In this document: positions 1 through 12,539 of the stretch, in pieces
Numbering within the stretch: the stretch's first letter is position 1
How the letters are laid out: every line of letters starts with the position of its first letter
NCBI RefSeq assembly: GCF_006345805.1
Contig: NC_043002.1
Location: 93,868,001-93,932,000 of the forward strand
Reading direction: 5' to 3'
DNA length: 64,000 nucleotides
Source: Octopus sinensis
Lineage: Eukaryota
The notes under the pieces: model-generated
Told to the model about the DNA's origin: nothing
Databases searched by the model: none
Seen by the model: only the letters and a program-made list of their open reading frames with translations
Made by a program: the position numbers and the translations under genes

Positions 1-393
<393 letters not shown>

Positions 394-413
394 ATACAAT
401 TCCTAATCATATT

Positions 414-478
414 TACTCTTTTTTCTTTTACTTGTTTCAGTCATTTGACTGCGGTCATGCTGGAGCACCGCCTTTTAG
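414..478 (-). mobile_element. SINE family B 3' fragment, tail-to-tail with the previous copy
   Basis: 426-480 is the reverse complement of 326-380. Confidence 0.8.
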
Positions 479-755
479 TCATGGGCTCAGTTTCCCGGTT
501 TCTGTGGCGTATGTGTTACGCCCAGCTGGACGGGACGCCAGTCCATCGCAGCATTAACCAAGAAACAGGAAGAAAGAGTGAGAGAAAGTTGGGGCGAACG
601 AGTACAACAGGGGTCGCCACCACCCCCTTCCGGAGTCTCGTGGAGCTTTTAGGCGTTTTCGCTCAATAAACACACACAACGCCCGGTCTGGGAATCGAAA
701 CTGCAATCCTCCAACCGCGAGTCCGCTGCCCTAACCACTGGGCCATTGCGCCTCC
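479..755 (-). mobile_element. tRNA-derived SINE family C (GGAGGCGCAATGGCCCAGTGG head)
   Basis: A-box/B-box tRNA-like head (TGGCCCAGTGG; GTTTCGATTCC). Further copies at 18259, 35724 and 54985. May correspond to the tRNA-Arg-related OR SINEs described from octopus (not verified). Confidence 0.8.
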
Positions 756-1184
756 ACATATTTCTCCAATACACAAAATATCTAAACAGCTTTACGTCTA
801 CGAAAGGGGGAAAAAATAAATACAGGGTGATTATGACTGGATTGTTTTTGAATATAGTTCTGCTGGTTGAGAGCTGACCTAGGGTTGAACAACGACGACA
901 ACGAGATAGTGAAGAATGGGCGTGTTTCGAGAAAGAATTTAGTGATTCATCAAAGATGTCGTGGAGGTGGAGCTGGAGCTGGTGGGGGAGGTGGTGGTGG
1001 TGGTGGTGGTGTGGTGGTGGTGGTGGTGGTGGTGGTGGTAGTGATGGTGGTTGGTAAGCACGAAGTAACGCAGAGGTGGGTGGATGTATTTATATACGCA
1101 TATGTGTTTATATTTTTATACATATCTGTTTATGTATACGCGTGTGGGTTTACGTTTGTATGTGTGTTTATATATCTGCGTGTT

Positions 1185-1216
1185 TAGGTGTGTGTATATA
1201 TAATATATATGCATAC

Positions 1217-1261
<45 letters not shown>

Positions 1262-1378
1262 GTGTGTGTGTGTGTATGTATATATACTTATATATGCTTA
1301 TATGTATATGTATATATATACATATATATATGTATTTGTATATATATGCATACCTACATATATATACATACATACAAC

Positions 1379-1421
<43 letters not shown>

Positions 1422-1434
1422 CTGTATATATATA

Positions 1435-1475
<41 letters not shown>

Positions 1476-1515
1476 GTGTGTTTATGTGTGTATGTGTGTG
1501 TGTATATATATATAC
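1185..1515. repeat. Compound (TA)n/(TG)n microsatellite field
   Basis: Directly visible; source of several spurious YI/VC ORFs. Confidence 0.95.
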
Positions 1516-1996
1516 AAACTGTTTCAGAAATAGTATGAAGTGGTAAATATTTTAAACATTACTGCAATGAAAATCGTGCTGCACGTGTAATGGATAAAGT
1601 AAATAAAACGGTTTATACAAGAGGTTTTCTGTGTAATTCAGCAACACAACCAGATTTAAGATAAATGGCGATGAACAAAAAGAGGAAATAAAATAGAGAC
1701 AGATGTTATTTTGGGAAATATAAGTAAAATTTTGCGATGAAAAATACAAAGGTGTTAGTAGAGGAGAGATAAAACCGAAATGTATAGTATTTTTAATGGT
1801 GCTAGAAGAGAAAGTAGGAAGAAGGCGACAAAGGGGCGAATGGGAGTGTGGAAGGAGAGTGGGGACAATGTGCGTGTGTGTGGTTTTGATATCGGGTTTG
1901 CAACATTCTTGATATGAACTTGTGTGTTGAAACGCATTTTATTGTGTCTCGAGGTCATTGTACCAATGAACACACGCACTGGTCCTGTTTCATTTC

Positions 1997-1997
<1 letters not shown>

Positions 1998-2031
<34 letters not shown>

Positions 2032-2093
2032 GTAGTAGTAGTAGTATAGTAGTAGTAGTAGTAGTAGTAGTAGTATTATTATTATTATTATTA

Positions 2094-2131
<38 letters not shown>
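1998..2131. repeat. (ATT)n(AGT)n(ATT)n microsatellite, probable 3' tail of the adjacent LINE
   Basis: Lies immediately 3' of the minus-strand LINE. Confidence 0.8.
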
Positions 2132-2134
<3 letters not shown>

Positions 2135-2139
2135 GTTTG

Positions 2140-5050
2140 ACTTTTGCTTTGTATTTGTACAAGTTGACTCCAAGTCTCACCCAGAAACTTCAAGAGACAA
2201 GTTAGAAGTTCAAGTTGGTGTTATGCCTAGGGTGTCATATATTTGGTTTTGCACATAGTATTGTTCTAGAGAATGTTCAAGAAAACAAGAGAATTATAAG
2301 TTTGTTTTAATATTTGAGATTACATAGACAGTATTTTACGTAGGATATGGGCAGTTCCCAAGAGCACTATTTTTTAAATTTCTGCCATTTTGGGGTTTCC
2401 TGGTATCTGAGCTAGGCAGGAATTAGCCCATTTTACTATCATTCTTAGGGCACTTATGATAACAAGTATTGTTTTAGTCTTGAGGTTCCACATTTTGCCA
2501 ATTTCTATTTCAAGATCTTTATATTTACTCAGTTTTTGGTAGGTCTTGACAGATACATTAATGTCGACTCGGACAGTCATATCAATGAGGAGGCATGATT
2601 TTTGTCTGCAGTCCTATTCGAAAGCTATCTTTCTGTCAGTTTGAACGGTGAAGTTCCAGAGGAGTGAGATGTGATCATTTTCAAACACTGGAGGTGGTTT
2701 ATCTTCCCGCCAGTTTTTATCATGGGGCAGGTCCAGGTTTTTGCATATTACCCAGTGAATATACTGTGCTACTCTATCATGACTGTTGAGATACTGTGTA
2801 GATGCAAGAAAACTGTACATGGAGACAACATGACTAATGGTTTCATTTTATTGTTTACATACACGACATGTTGGGATACTGCCGTTCTTTAATATGTTGG
2901 CCTGGTATCTCCTTGCAGGCAGGCATTGATCTTGAGCTGTTATGACAAACCCTTCTGTTTCTGATTTTAAGACAGAAGACACTAACCATTGATGGGTAAG
3001 GGCTTTGTCAACATCGGCATTCTTAGTTCTTTTTGGGTACTTGCCATTGAGAGGTTTTTCTTGCCATTTATCAGTAAGAGTATCTAAGGCAGCAGTTTTA
3101 GCACGGGTTTTTGATACGCTTATCTTTTTCTGTGCTTGTTTCTAGTACGTCTATTCATGGGATTTGTTGTATTTGGAATTCACTTAGATATTCTTTGTCT
3201 TTTTTGTTACTGAGTATGATGCTTTCTTGTTTTCGTGCTTTAAGACAAGTTTTAACATCCAGTCATCACAATTTTTCAGGCAGCTGAAAATTTTTCAGGT
3301 CAATTGTGGCAATCTTCATTGTTAATTCCAGTTGTATAAGTCCACAGCCAGCCTCTTTTCTTGGCAGGTAAAGTCGTTTTATATCTGCCTTAGGGTGGTG
3401 CATTCTATGCATTGTCAACAGTTTTCGTATTTTTCTGTCAAGATTACATATTTCAGTAACTGATCCGTAACTGATAAAAATATCAGTAAGAGTATCTAAG
3501 GCAGCAAAAAGAACTAATAATGCCGATGTTGACAAAGCCTTTACCCATCAATGGTTAGTGTCTTCTGTCTTAAAATCAGAAACAGAAGGGTTTGTCATAA
3601 CAGCTCAAGATCAATGCCTGCCTGCAAGGAGATACCAGGCCAACATATTAAAGAACGGCAGTATCCCAACATGTCGTGTATGTAAACAATAAAATGAAAC
3701 CATTAGTCATGTTGTCTCCATGTACAGGTTTCAGCTGCCTGAAAAATTGTGATGACTGGATGTTAAAACTTGTCTTAAAGCACGAAAACAAGAAGCATCA
3801 TACTCAGTAATAAAAAAGACAAAGAATATCTAATATCAAATGCCACATGATCAATATTGAAACTAAGTCACGACCGGTATGGCTAAAGTGTTGATCGTTT
3901 CGATCCTGTTTTATTTTTTGCATTCAGCTCTGTCTTAAGTATTGCTCTTACCCTGCGATAACATTCTCTTCTGATCTTTTTCCTCATCACTGAATGTTTG
4001 ATTCTATCACCTTCAAATACCCCTAGGTATTTGTAGCTCTCCGCTGGGTCTAACTCTTCTCTGATATTCTGTTGGTCAAAATTAATGTTGGATGTTTCTG
4101 TCTTTTTTCCTTTGATAAAGGTAGCTTTTGCACATTTATCGAGGCCAAATTTCATTCTGATGTCATCATTGAACTGTTTAACAATTGCCTTGTAGTTGTT
4201 GGTCATTTTTTGCAAAGAGCTTTAAATTATCCATGTAAAAGAGGTGATTTATATTTTTATCAAACTTTTATAGCCATATAATACATCATTGAGCAATTTC
4301 GAGAGAGGTATTAAGGTTAGACAAAAGATGAGTAGTGATAGAGAGTCACCCTGGAAAATGCCACATGAAATTCTTACATCTCCAGCATTGAGAGATTCAT
4401 TGTCACTGTTCAAAGTCAGTGTGGTTCTCTATGATCACACACCTACACACGAGAAGTTTCGCAGAGTAAAGGCTATTTTATACATTTCCAGACATTTCTT
4501 AATCCAGCTATGTGATAGACTATCAAAAGCGTTTTTTTATAGTCTACCCAGGGTATCGACAAGTTTTTGTGTCGTTTGCGACAATCTTCCAAGATCATCT
4601 TGTTGATGAGTAACTGATCTTTACAACCATAGTACCAACGTTTACATCCTTTTTGATCATTAGGGAATACGCCACTTTCTATTAAAAAACTACAGGTATA
4701 TTTATTCCAAGACGATATTAGTATTTTATACATTGTTGTTAAGCAGATTATGGGTCTATAATTTTTGTTTCTTCATTTTTTGGAAGTAGGAATGTAAGAC
4801 CATTATCAAGCCAAGAAGGAATCATACTAGGTTGTTGGAAAACATTGTTGTAAAGTTTTGTTAGCAGTTCATGACTATATAGGAAGGCATTCAACCAAAA
4901 GCTAGGAATTTTATCCTTTCCTGGAGACTTCCATTTGCATGACTTCTTAATACCTTAATACCCTCCCACTTTTGCTCTTCTAAGGAGTCTAAGTCAGTAG
5001 ATATTCTGTCAAACCAATATATAATGGTTTCTGACTTTTATGTTTTTAAA
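2140..5050 (-). mobile_element. Degraded non-LTR retrotransposon with RT and restriction-like endonuclease (R4/Dong-like)
   Basis: Fragments: KWKSPGKDKIPSFWL; QLLINKMILEDC..WVDYKK (RT); FNDDIRMKFGLDKCAK; LDRKIRKLLTMHRMHHPKADIKRLYLPRKE; HDRVAQYIHWVIC; KLSKYKDLEIEIGKMW (RLE). Many stops and frameshifts. Confidence 0.85.
3481..3833. repeat. Composite templated insertion built from three pieces of the same LINE
   Basis: 3481-3506 = direct copy of 3069-3094; 3505-3727 = reverse complement of 2813-3035; 3729-3833 = reverse complement of 3184-3289. Confidence 0.9.
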
Positions 5051-5158
5051 TCTATATACTACTAAAACTCTGTGATTGCTTGCGTGTGTTCTTGCTTGCG
5101 TGCGTGCTTGTCTGTAATTCAATACAGCCAAACTGGTGCATAAAGGTACCATTGAAAT

Positions 5159-5520
5159 GTGAATACAAATGGAATAAAACAAGTTTCGCGTAACTCGGAC
5201 CACGGGCTCCCGAGGTTGCGCACCCCAGTGAGGAACCAGACTGGGTACGAAAAATCAGCTACTGGTTCAAATCAGCTACTGGTTCAAATCAGCTACTGGT
5301 TCAAATCAGCTACTGGTTCAAATCAGCTACTGGTTCACAGGAACTGGAAGTACCCCACAACCGGAATATTCCAACAGATAGCCATCCACTCTCGTCATCA
5401 AATAACTAAAAGAAAGATAATTAAAAGCGGTCTAGGGGAGAAATAAAGAAGTTCTTAAGGCCTTCTATCATGCCATGTATTTCCCCACAAATAAATCTAA
5501 TACTGAACAAATCTACTTAA
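5159..5520 (+). mobile_element. Probable N-terminal ORF region of an R4/Dong-like LINE, opposite in orientation to the RT part
   Basis: Frameshifted translation ...SR..NKEVLKAFYHAMYFP.. resembles the KW-x-REEN-x-x-V-x-x-x-YY N-terminal motif of RLE elements (recalled, not aligned). Confidence 0.5.
5252..5336 (+). repeat. Perfect 17-bp x5 tandem repeat (AAATCAGCTACTGGTTC)
   Basis: Five identical units counted. Confidence 0.95.
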
Positions 5521-5662
5521 CTGGAGCACCGCCTTATTGGATTTAGTTGAGTAAATCGGCTTCAGTGCCTATTTTAAGCCTGCTATTTATTCTATCAATT
5601 CTTTTATCGAACTGCTAAGTTACAGAGACATAAACAAACCGACACCGGCTGTCAAGAAGTGG

Positions 5663-5729
<67 letters not shown>

Positions 5730-5901
5730 CATACATAGGCGGCGCAGCCGTGTCTGTGTGGTAAGAAGTTTGCTTCTTACCACATGGTTCTGGGTTCAGT
5801 CCCACTGGGTGGTACCTTGAGCAAGTGTCTTCTGCTATAGCCTCAGGCCAACCAAAATCTGGTGAGTGGATTTGGTAGACAGAAACTGAAAGAAGCCAGT
5901 C

Positions 5902-5952
<51 letters not shown>

Positions 5953-6194
5953 AATATATATTCTTTTTTTCTTTTACTTGTTTCAGTCATTTGACTGCGG
6001 CTATGCTGGAGCACCGCCTTTAGTCGAACAAATCGACCGCAGGACTTATTCTTTGTAAGCGTAGTACTTATTCTATCGGTCACTTTTGTCGAGCCGCTAA
6101 GTTACGAGGATGTAAACACACCAACTTCGGTTGTCAAACGATTTGGGCGGGACAAACACAGAAACACAAACACATAAATACATACATACATACG

Positions 6195-6240
<46 letters not shown>

Positions 6241-6390
6241 ACGGGCTTCCACGCAGTTTTCGTCTACCAAACTCACTCACAATGTATTGGTCGGTTTGGG
6301 ACTATAGTAGAGGACGTTTGCCCAAGATGCTGCACAATGGAACTGACCCAAAAGCAAGTGGTAAAGAGACATCTTAACCATGCCTGCACT
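5521..6390. mobile_element. Cluster of SINE family B pieces (3' half -, head +, full copy -) separated by microsatellites
   Basis: 5521-5660 (-), 5737-5903 (+), 5961-6390 (-). Confidence 0.8.
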
Positions 6391-6635
6391 TGTATGGTTG
6401 CTTGACCCACTAGAAATGGTAGCCGTATCTCTCTCAAAAGACTGTGCAGAGAGAAGGATACATGAATCTATGATAATGTAATTCGTGATACGTTATGGCA
6501 TAGATGCATTTGTTCATGTTTTCTCAATCAGGGTTAACTTGGGACTAAAATAGAAAAAAATAAAGAAAAAAATATCTTTATTATTAAGAACAATGCATTG
6601 CGTATTTATACCGACCGACTCGAAAAAGTATCTGT

Positions 6636-6865
6636 TTCTTTATTGCCCACAAGGGGCTAAACATAGAGGGGACAAACAAGGACAGACAAAGGGATTAAGT
6701 CGATTACATCGACCCCAGTGCGTAACTGGTACTTAATTTATCGACCCCGAAAGGATGAAAGGCAAAGTCGACCTCGGCGGAATTTGAACTCAGAACGCAA
6801 CGACAGACGCAATACCGCAAAGCATTTCGCCCGGTGTGCTAACGATTCTGCCAGCTCGCCGCCTT
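6636..6865 (-). mobile_element. SINE family A (GGCGGCGAGCTGGCAG head), full length with 20-bp TSD
   Basis: TSD CGACTCGAAAAAGTATCTGT at 6616-6635 and 6866-6885; B-box GAGTTCAAATTCC. Confidence 0.9.
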
Positions 6866-7069
6866 CGACTCGAAAAAGTATCTGTCTTATGAGTTGTCCT
6901 TGTATGCTTTTATATTTAATATCGCAAACTTACACACCAATTAAAAAAACAAAAAAACACAGAAGTGAAAAGAAAACAAAAAAAAAAAAGTTACGTACCT
7001 CACCACACCCTGTCAAGGATTTCAGAAAATCTTATTTTCAGGATTTTAAGAATCTGTTTCTATTCCCAA

Positions 7070-7210
7070 TTAAAGAGAGAAGGGGTGAAGAAGAAGAAGA
7101 GAGGGGGAGAGGGAGAGAAAGATAATGGGAGAGAGAGAGAGAGAGAAGGGGAAGAAAGGTAGGGAGAGAGAAAGAGACTGAGAAAGAGAAAGAAAGAAAT
7201 TGAGAGAGAG

Positions 7211-7245
<35 letters not shown>
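7070..7245. repeat. Polypurine (GA)n-rich tract
   Basis: Directly visible. Confidence 0.9.
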
Positions 7246-7247
<2 letters not shown>

Positions 7248-8076
7248 AATCTAATTTTAGTCACCTGCCTATCGTCAACCTGTAATACTTTAATATGAGG
7301 GTAAAGCGGGGGAGGGGGAGGGAGTAACAAAATTGAGTAATTCACTCAGGTGCTTTGTTTTTTCACCTTAATTGTGTACTCACACATTGATTGATTATAG
7401 GTTCACACTTCTTTTGAGGTTGGATACAGAAATGATAGACTTTCAAGAGTCTTATTGACCCTATCATTACTACTGCTTCTACTACTACTATTACTACTAC
7501 TATTACTTTCAATAACAGTCATCACCATAACACCACCACGTCCATAACTTTTACTCCCACTCTCAACCTCTCCCTTTCCCTCTCCCTTTCCCTCTCCCCC
7601 CTCTCTCTCTCTTTCTCTACGAAGGAAAAAATGACAAGGACCGATCGCAAATTAACGTTCTGCTCACTATGCACTTTAAAACCCTCGGTGTATTGATAAA
7701 GAAATTAAATGAGTGGCGGTTACATAGGTGGCTAGATGTGGCTCTTTTGTTAGAAACAACGAATAAACAAGTAAAATATAAAAATCAAATCAAATCAAAT
7801 AAAATAAACCAGAACTGTTAATGAGTCAAACATTAGTGCAACTGTCCAAAATAGAAGTTACTCGTAGTCGAAGGTACAAATTAAGAGTGTCATAGGTCGG
7901 AGCTCGGCTAAGTGCGGACAAATACGAAAGTCAACTACGTGATGGTGTGTGATCAGAAGCAAAGGCTTACCTCATTTGCTTAAGTCCGTTGTACTGTTCA
8001 CATCGCGGAGAGAAAATAGAAATAAACTACGACAACAGCATTAAGAACAGTAACAACTGCCATTTCTCAAGACAAG

Positions 8077-8296
8077 ATGCCGATGAATTTTGCCAGCTCC
8101 GCTTCCAAATGGATGAAAATTGCACTTGCTTCGCATTTCTTCGGAACACTCATGTTTCTTGTTGGGTTTTCAACTTATGCATGGCTCCAAGAAACATTGA
8201 AAGGAAACACTATAAGCGTGGGACTTTGGAAAACTAGGTCCTGCGACAGAAACGGAGGATGCATCACATTTGATTCAGTTTCAAGCCATTCTCAAG
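8077..8296 (+). CDS. PMP-22/EMP/MP20/claudin superfamily membrane protein, exon 1
   Basis: MPMNFASSASKWMKIALASHFFGTLMFLVGFSTYAWLQETLKGNTISVGLWKTRSCDRNGGCITF...: TM1 plus the W..GLW..C..C claudin-family signature; phase-1 donor AAG/GTAAAT. Confidence 0.9.
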
Positions 8297-8312
8297 GTAA
8301 ATAATAATAATA

Positions 8313-8366
<54 letters not shown>

Positions 8367-8483
8367 TAACGTCACAATTTTGCAGGGGAAGGTTAAAATT
8401 GATCGGATTAACACTAATATATTATTGAAACTTATTTCATTGACCAAGGGAGATGATTTTTGTTGTTGTTATTATTATTATTG

Positions 8484-8880
8484 AGGTGGCACGTTTGCAG
8501 AAAGTTTTGTGCGCTGGATAAAAACGTTTAGTAGCATTTCGTCCGGACCTTTTACGTTATGAGTTGAAATTCCGTCGAGGTTAACTTTGCTTTTCATCCT
8601 TTCAGGGTCGATGAAATAACCACCATGTTAGAAAGGATTGTTGTTATTATTAATGGCGAATTGGCAGAATCGTCTGCGCGTCGGACAAAATGTTTAGCAG
8701 TAGTTCGTTTAGGTCTTTACATTCCGAGTTCAAATTCCGCCAAGGTTAACTTTGCCTTTCATCCTTCCAGGGTCGATAAAATAAGCACCAGTTGGGCACT
8801 GGAATCAATGTAACCGACTAACCCCCTACCCCCAGCCAAAAAAATTTAAGGCTTCGTACCTATAATAGAAAGGGTTATTA
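8484..8880 (+). mobile_element. Two diverged tandem SINE family A copies
   Basis: Both contain GAGTTCAAATTCC / TTTGCCTTTCATCCTT core; (ATT)n tails. Confidence 0.75.
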
Positions 8881-9367
8881 TTATTGTTGTTGTTGTTGCT
8901 GTTGTTGTTTTCGTTATTAATTCGTTCCTATATCAAACCTTTCCATTATTTTTCAAGTCATCCAAACAAGAAGTTTGGGAATCTAGGAAAACATTTTTCC
9001 AAAGCCGAAAATAGTGTTGGCACAATTCGCATTTATTTTCTAACAGGAATTTTGACGAGAATTCTGGTGTTGTGAAGGTACAAACTTATTTGAAATGCAA
9101 AATCAACATTGGGTGTGGGTGGGGGACAGAGAGGGCTGTAAGCGATTGCTTTTTGTGCTACTCAAACAATTGAGCAATTTATCGCAATGAGAACAATAAT
9201 GGTTTGAAATTTTGTCACAAGGTTAGCAATTTTAAAAGAAGCGGTGGGTCAGTTGCTTTGACCCACAAACTTGAATAGGTTTATCAATTCCGGCAGAATG
9301 AAATGGGAAGTCGACTGGTGCGAGATTCAAATTTATGTCAGTAATACTGCGATACATTTCACTTGGT

Positions 9368-9606
9368 GGAGGCGCGTGGCTTAGTTTTTAGGGTGACAGC
9401 ATCATGATCTTAAGATTGTGGTTTCGATTCCTGGACCGGGCGATGCGTTGTGTTCTTGAGCAAAACACTTCATTTCACGTTGTTCCAGTCCAGTCAGCTG
9501 GCAAAAAAATGAGTAACGCTGCGATGGACTGGCGTCCCGTCCAGCTGGGGAATACATGCGCCATAGGAACCGGGCCCATGAGCCTGGCTAGGCTTTAAAA
9601 GGGTGC
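9368..9606 (+). mobile_element. tRNA-derived SINE related to family C (different body, shared 3' tail)
   Basis: GGAGGCGCGTGGCTTAG head; TTCTTGAGCAAAACACTT; GCGATGGACTGGCGTCCCGTCCAGCTGGG tail shared with the 479-755 and 18259 copies. Confidence 0.75.
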
Positions 9607-10620
9607 AAGAAGAAAAGAAGACATTTCATTTGACGTTGCCGCTTTATGGACTCTGCCAGTCATCGTATCATCACAGGCTGTACTGGGTCGATTAAATCGA
9701 TCTCAAAGAGGTTTCGGTTATATCATTGAATAAAGTTAATCCGATTCTGCCAGAATTTGAACTTCATGGTAGAATAAAAGCAATTAGACAACGCTACATC
9801 TTAGTGTATTCTGACATTGCAAGGTGCATGTTACATTTTGCTCTTTAGACACAATGTACAATGTTATTCAAGATTCTTGAGAAATACATTCTGTGCCTGA
9901 GCACCAACCGACGTGTGATTTGTTATTTTCGTAAGAATTCTGAGAGGCACAGCTGTGTTGTTAACCAGTTCGCCACGCAATCATGTGGTTCCAGGTTCGA
10001 TCCTATTGCGTGGCACCTTGGGCCAGGGTCTTCAACCACAGTTTTCAGTAGTCCAATAATAAACTTGTCACTGAAATTTGATAGAACCGAAACGCGAATC
10101 AGTTTTCTACACGTTATCATAGTTACATATGTTGTCGGAAATATATTAATGAACACGACTCCAATGTTTTTGTGTCTTTCTTTTTAAGATTGCCGGAAGT
10201 TATTTGAGGGATATTCGGTTACGATTTTCAGCGTCTCGATCGACGGCATAGCTACTGACTCGTATAGTATTATTATTTACAGCTGTATCACATAATTGTT
10301 TGCAAATGCTACATAAATTCTTTATATAGACACTCCCACTCAAACCTCAGACATTTTGTCAATCCAAGAAACTACTCCCTCTTGATTGAAAACATTAATC
10401 CGAATCTAGAACTCGGTCACCACTATTCATCATAATCGAGACAATATCATGGAAAAATATCTGAGTCGATTGCTCTAATCGTTAACATTACTCTGTTAGA
10501 TTCTTTCAAATGTGAGTTTAAAGGAGAACAATGGATAATGAAGAAATTTCTAGTTTAGAGGAGAGCAAAGGAAAGTGAAGAGATTTACAGCTTTTTGGAT
10601 CGCAATATTAGTAAGGTCAT

Positions 10621-11065
10621 AAGGCGGCGAGCTGGCAAAACCGTTAGCACGCCGGGGAAAATGCCTAGCGGCTTTTCGTCCGTCTTTACGTTCTGAGTTC
10701 AAATTCCGCCGAAATCGACTTTGCCTTTCATCCTTTCGGAGTTGATAAATTAAGTACCAGTTGCGTACTGGGATCGATCTAATCGACTGGCCCCCTCCCC
10801 CCAAATTTCGGGCCTTGTGCCTAGAGTGGAAAAGAATATTATTATTAAGCGACGACCTGGCAGAATCTTAGCGCGCTGGACAAAATGCTTAGCAGTTTTT
10901 CGCTCGTCTTTACGTTCTGAGTTCAAATTCCGCCAAGGTCGACTTTGCCTTTCATCCTTTCAGAGTTGATAAAATAAATTCCAGTTGAGCACTGGGGTCG
11001 ATATAATCGACTTGTCTCCTCTCCCATAACTGCCGACCTTGTGCCACAATTTGAAACCAATATTA
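10621..11065 (+). mobile_element. Two tandem SINE family A copies with different 3' tails
   Basis: 10621-10846 ends GAAAAGAATATT; 10848-11065 ends AATTTGAAACCAATATT. Confidence 0.85.
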
Positions 11066-11799
11066 AAAATCAATTTAAATGTAGATGAAATGGTTTAAAC
11101 CGATGATTGAATCCTTTGCTTACATTAGAGATTAATATTAACTTTAGAAGTAAATGATTTCAACCTGCCAAGTCCCTAAATTTTTTATACGATGAACTAC
11201 ATAAATGTGAATTATATCGTTGATCTCTTCTTTTGTCATTATCAAACTTTGTTTAACTTACAATTGTAAATATATTCCTGGCAAGTTTCGATTCTTAGCT
11301 AAAGTTTCGATTCTTAGATAGGTTCTTAGCTAATACATATGAAAAAAGCATGAACATTTGTTATTTCCCACTTCGAGAGATACGAGGTCATTCTTCCGAG
11401 TAAAAATAAACCATAGTGGGATCACTATAGTAACGTTCTAATTGAATTGAGTAATTTGGTTAGATAAAACATCGTGAGCCCAGCCTCTATTAGAAATATC
11501 TCCTCAGTCTTTGGCAGTATTTCGGTTTAGTATTTACTGTAACTCAAAGAAATACTAATAAATTTCACATTTGTAGAGTACCTGTCTGCGGCTAAGTGGA
11601 GTGGAACAGCTAAAGTTATGTATTTTTCACGTGTCACGAACACAGGACCAGTGTCGGGGTGCGAACCCTCGACCTGCAGGTTTCCTTTTTACCAATTACG
11701 TCACTTTTGACTTCTGACATTATTAATTGCCCAGTTGGTTATGTTTCGATTTGACTCGCGGAAACGTCAAACTAAACAGCTGATCCATCAGAATTTACT

Positions 11800-11957
11800 A
11801 GTGTTTAGTAAATTCCGTAAAAAATTTTATTTTTATTTATTTTTGTGAATGGAAATAGACATTTTCTTTGAAGTCAGCATAAAGTGAAAAAGAGAGGAAA
11901 TGGACGTGGACTTGTGTATGTGTTGATGGTGGGGGAGGAGCGAGACAGAAAATGTGT

Positions 11958-12003
<46 letters not shown>

Positions 12004-12013
12004 TGTGTGTTGC

Positions 12014-12045
<32 letters not shown>

Positions 12046-12539
12046 GAGGGAGAGAGTGATAGCGTGTATATATAGATATATATATACACGTACATACATA
12101 CATACATACAACCATGTGGTTGATAAGCAAGCTTCATACCACACAGCCACTCCTGCGCCTCTCTCTCTCTCTCTCTCTGTCTATGTGATTGACAGAGAGA
12201 GAGAGAGAGAGAGAGAGTGATAGCTTGAATTTTACTTATTTATTTACTTCTCTCTCTCTCTCTCTCTCTCTCCCTCAATCAATCACTCACACATTCACTA
12301 AGAAAAGATGTGAGAAAAAAAAAAAAATAAATGTACGCTGTCACTCTCCATCTCTCTCTCTCTCTTACACTCAGACACAACACACACTTTCTGACTCGCA
12401 CCCCCCCCCATCAACACATACACAGGTCCATGTCTATTTCCTCTCTCTCTCTCACTTTATGTTCGACTTCAAAGAAAATATCAATTTCCACCTACAAAAA
12501 TAAATAATTAAAAACTTTTTACGGAATTTACCGAACGCC
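11800..12539. mobile_element. Foldback/MITE-like element with approx. 170-bp imperfect terminal inverted repeats
   Basis: 11800-11975 is the reverse complement of approx. 12355-12539 (e.g. GTAAATTCCGTAAAAA, ATTTTCTTTGAAGTC, GTGTATGTGTTGATGG); no convincing TSD. Confidence 0.65.

Noticed and set aside
479-755. tRNA genes suggested by A/B boxes
   Set aside because: Heads lack a complete cloverleaf and run into multi-copy SINE bodies
7962-7975. Strong minus-strand donor (GAG/GTAAGC) upstream of the claudin-like ATG, suggesting a divergent transcript
   Set aside because: A single short motif is expected by chance in 64 kb; no partner exon found
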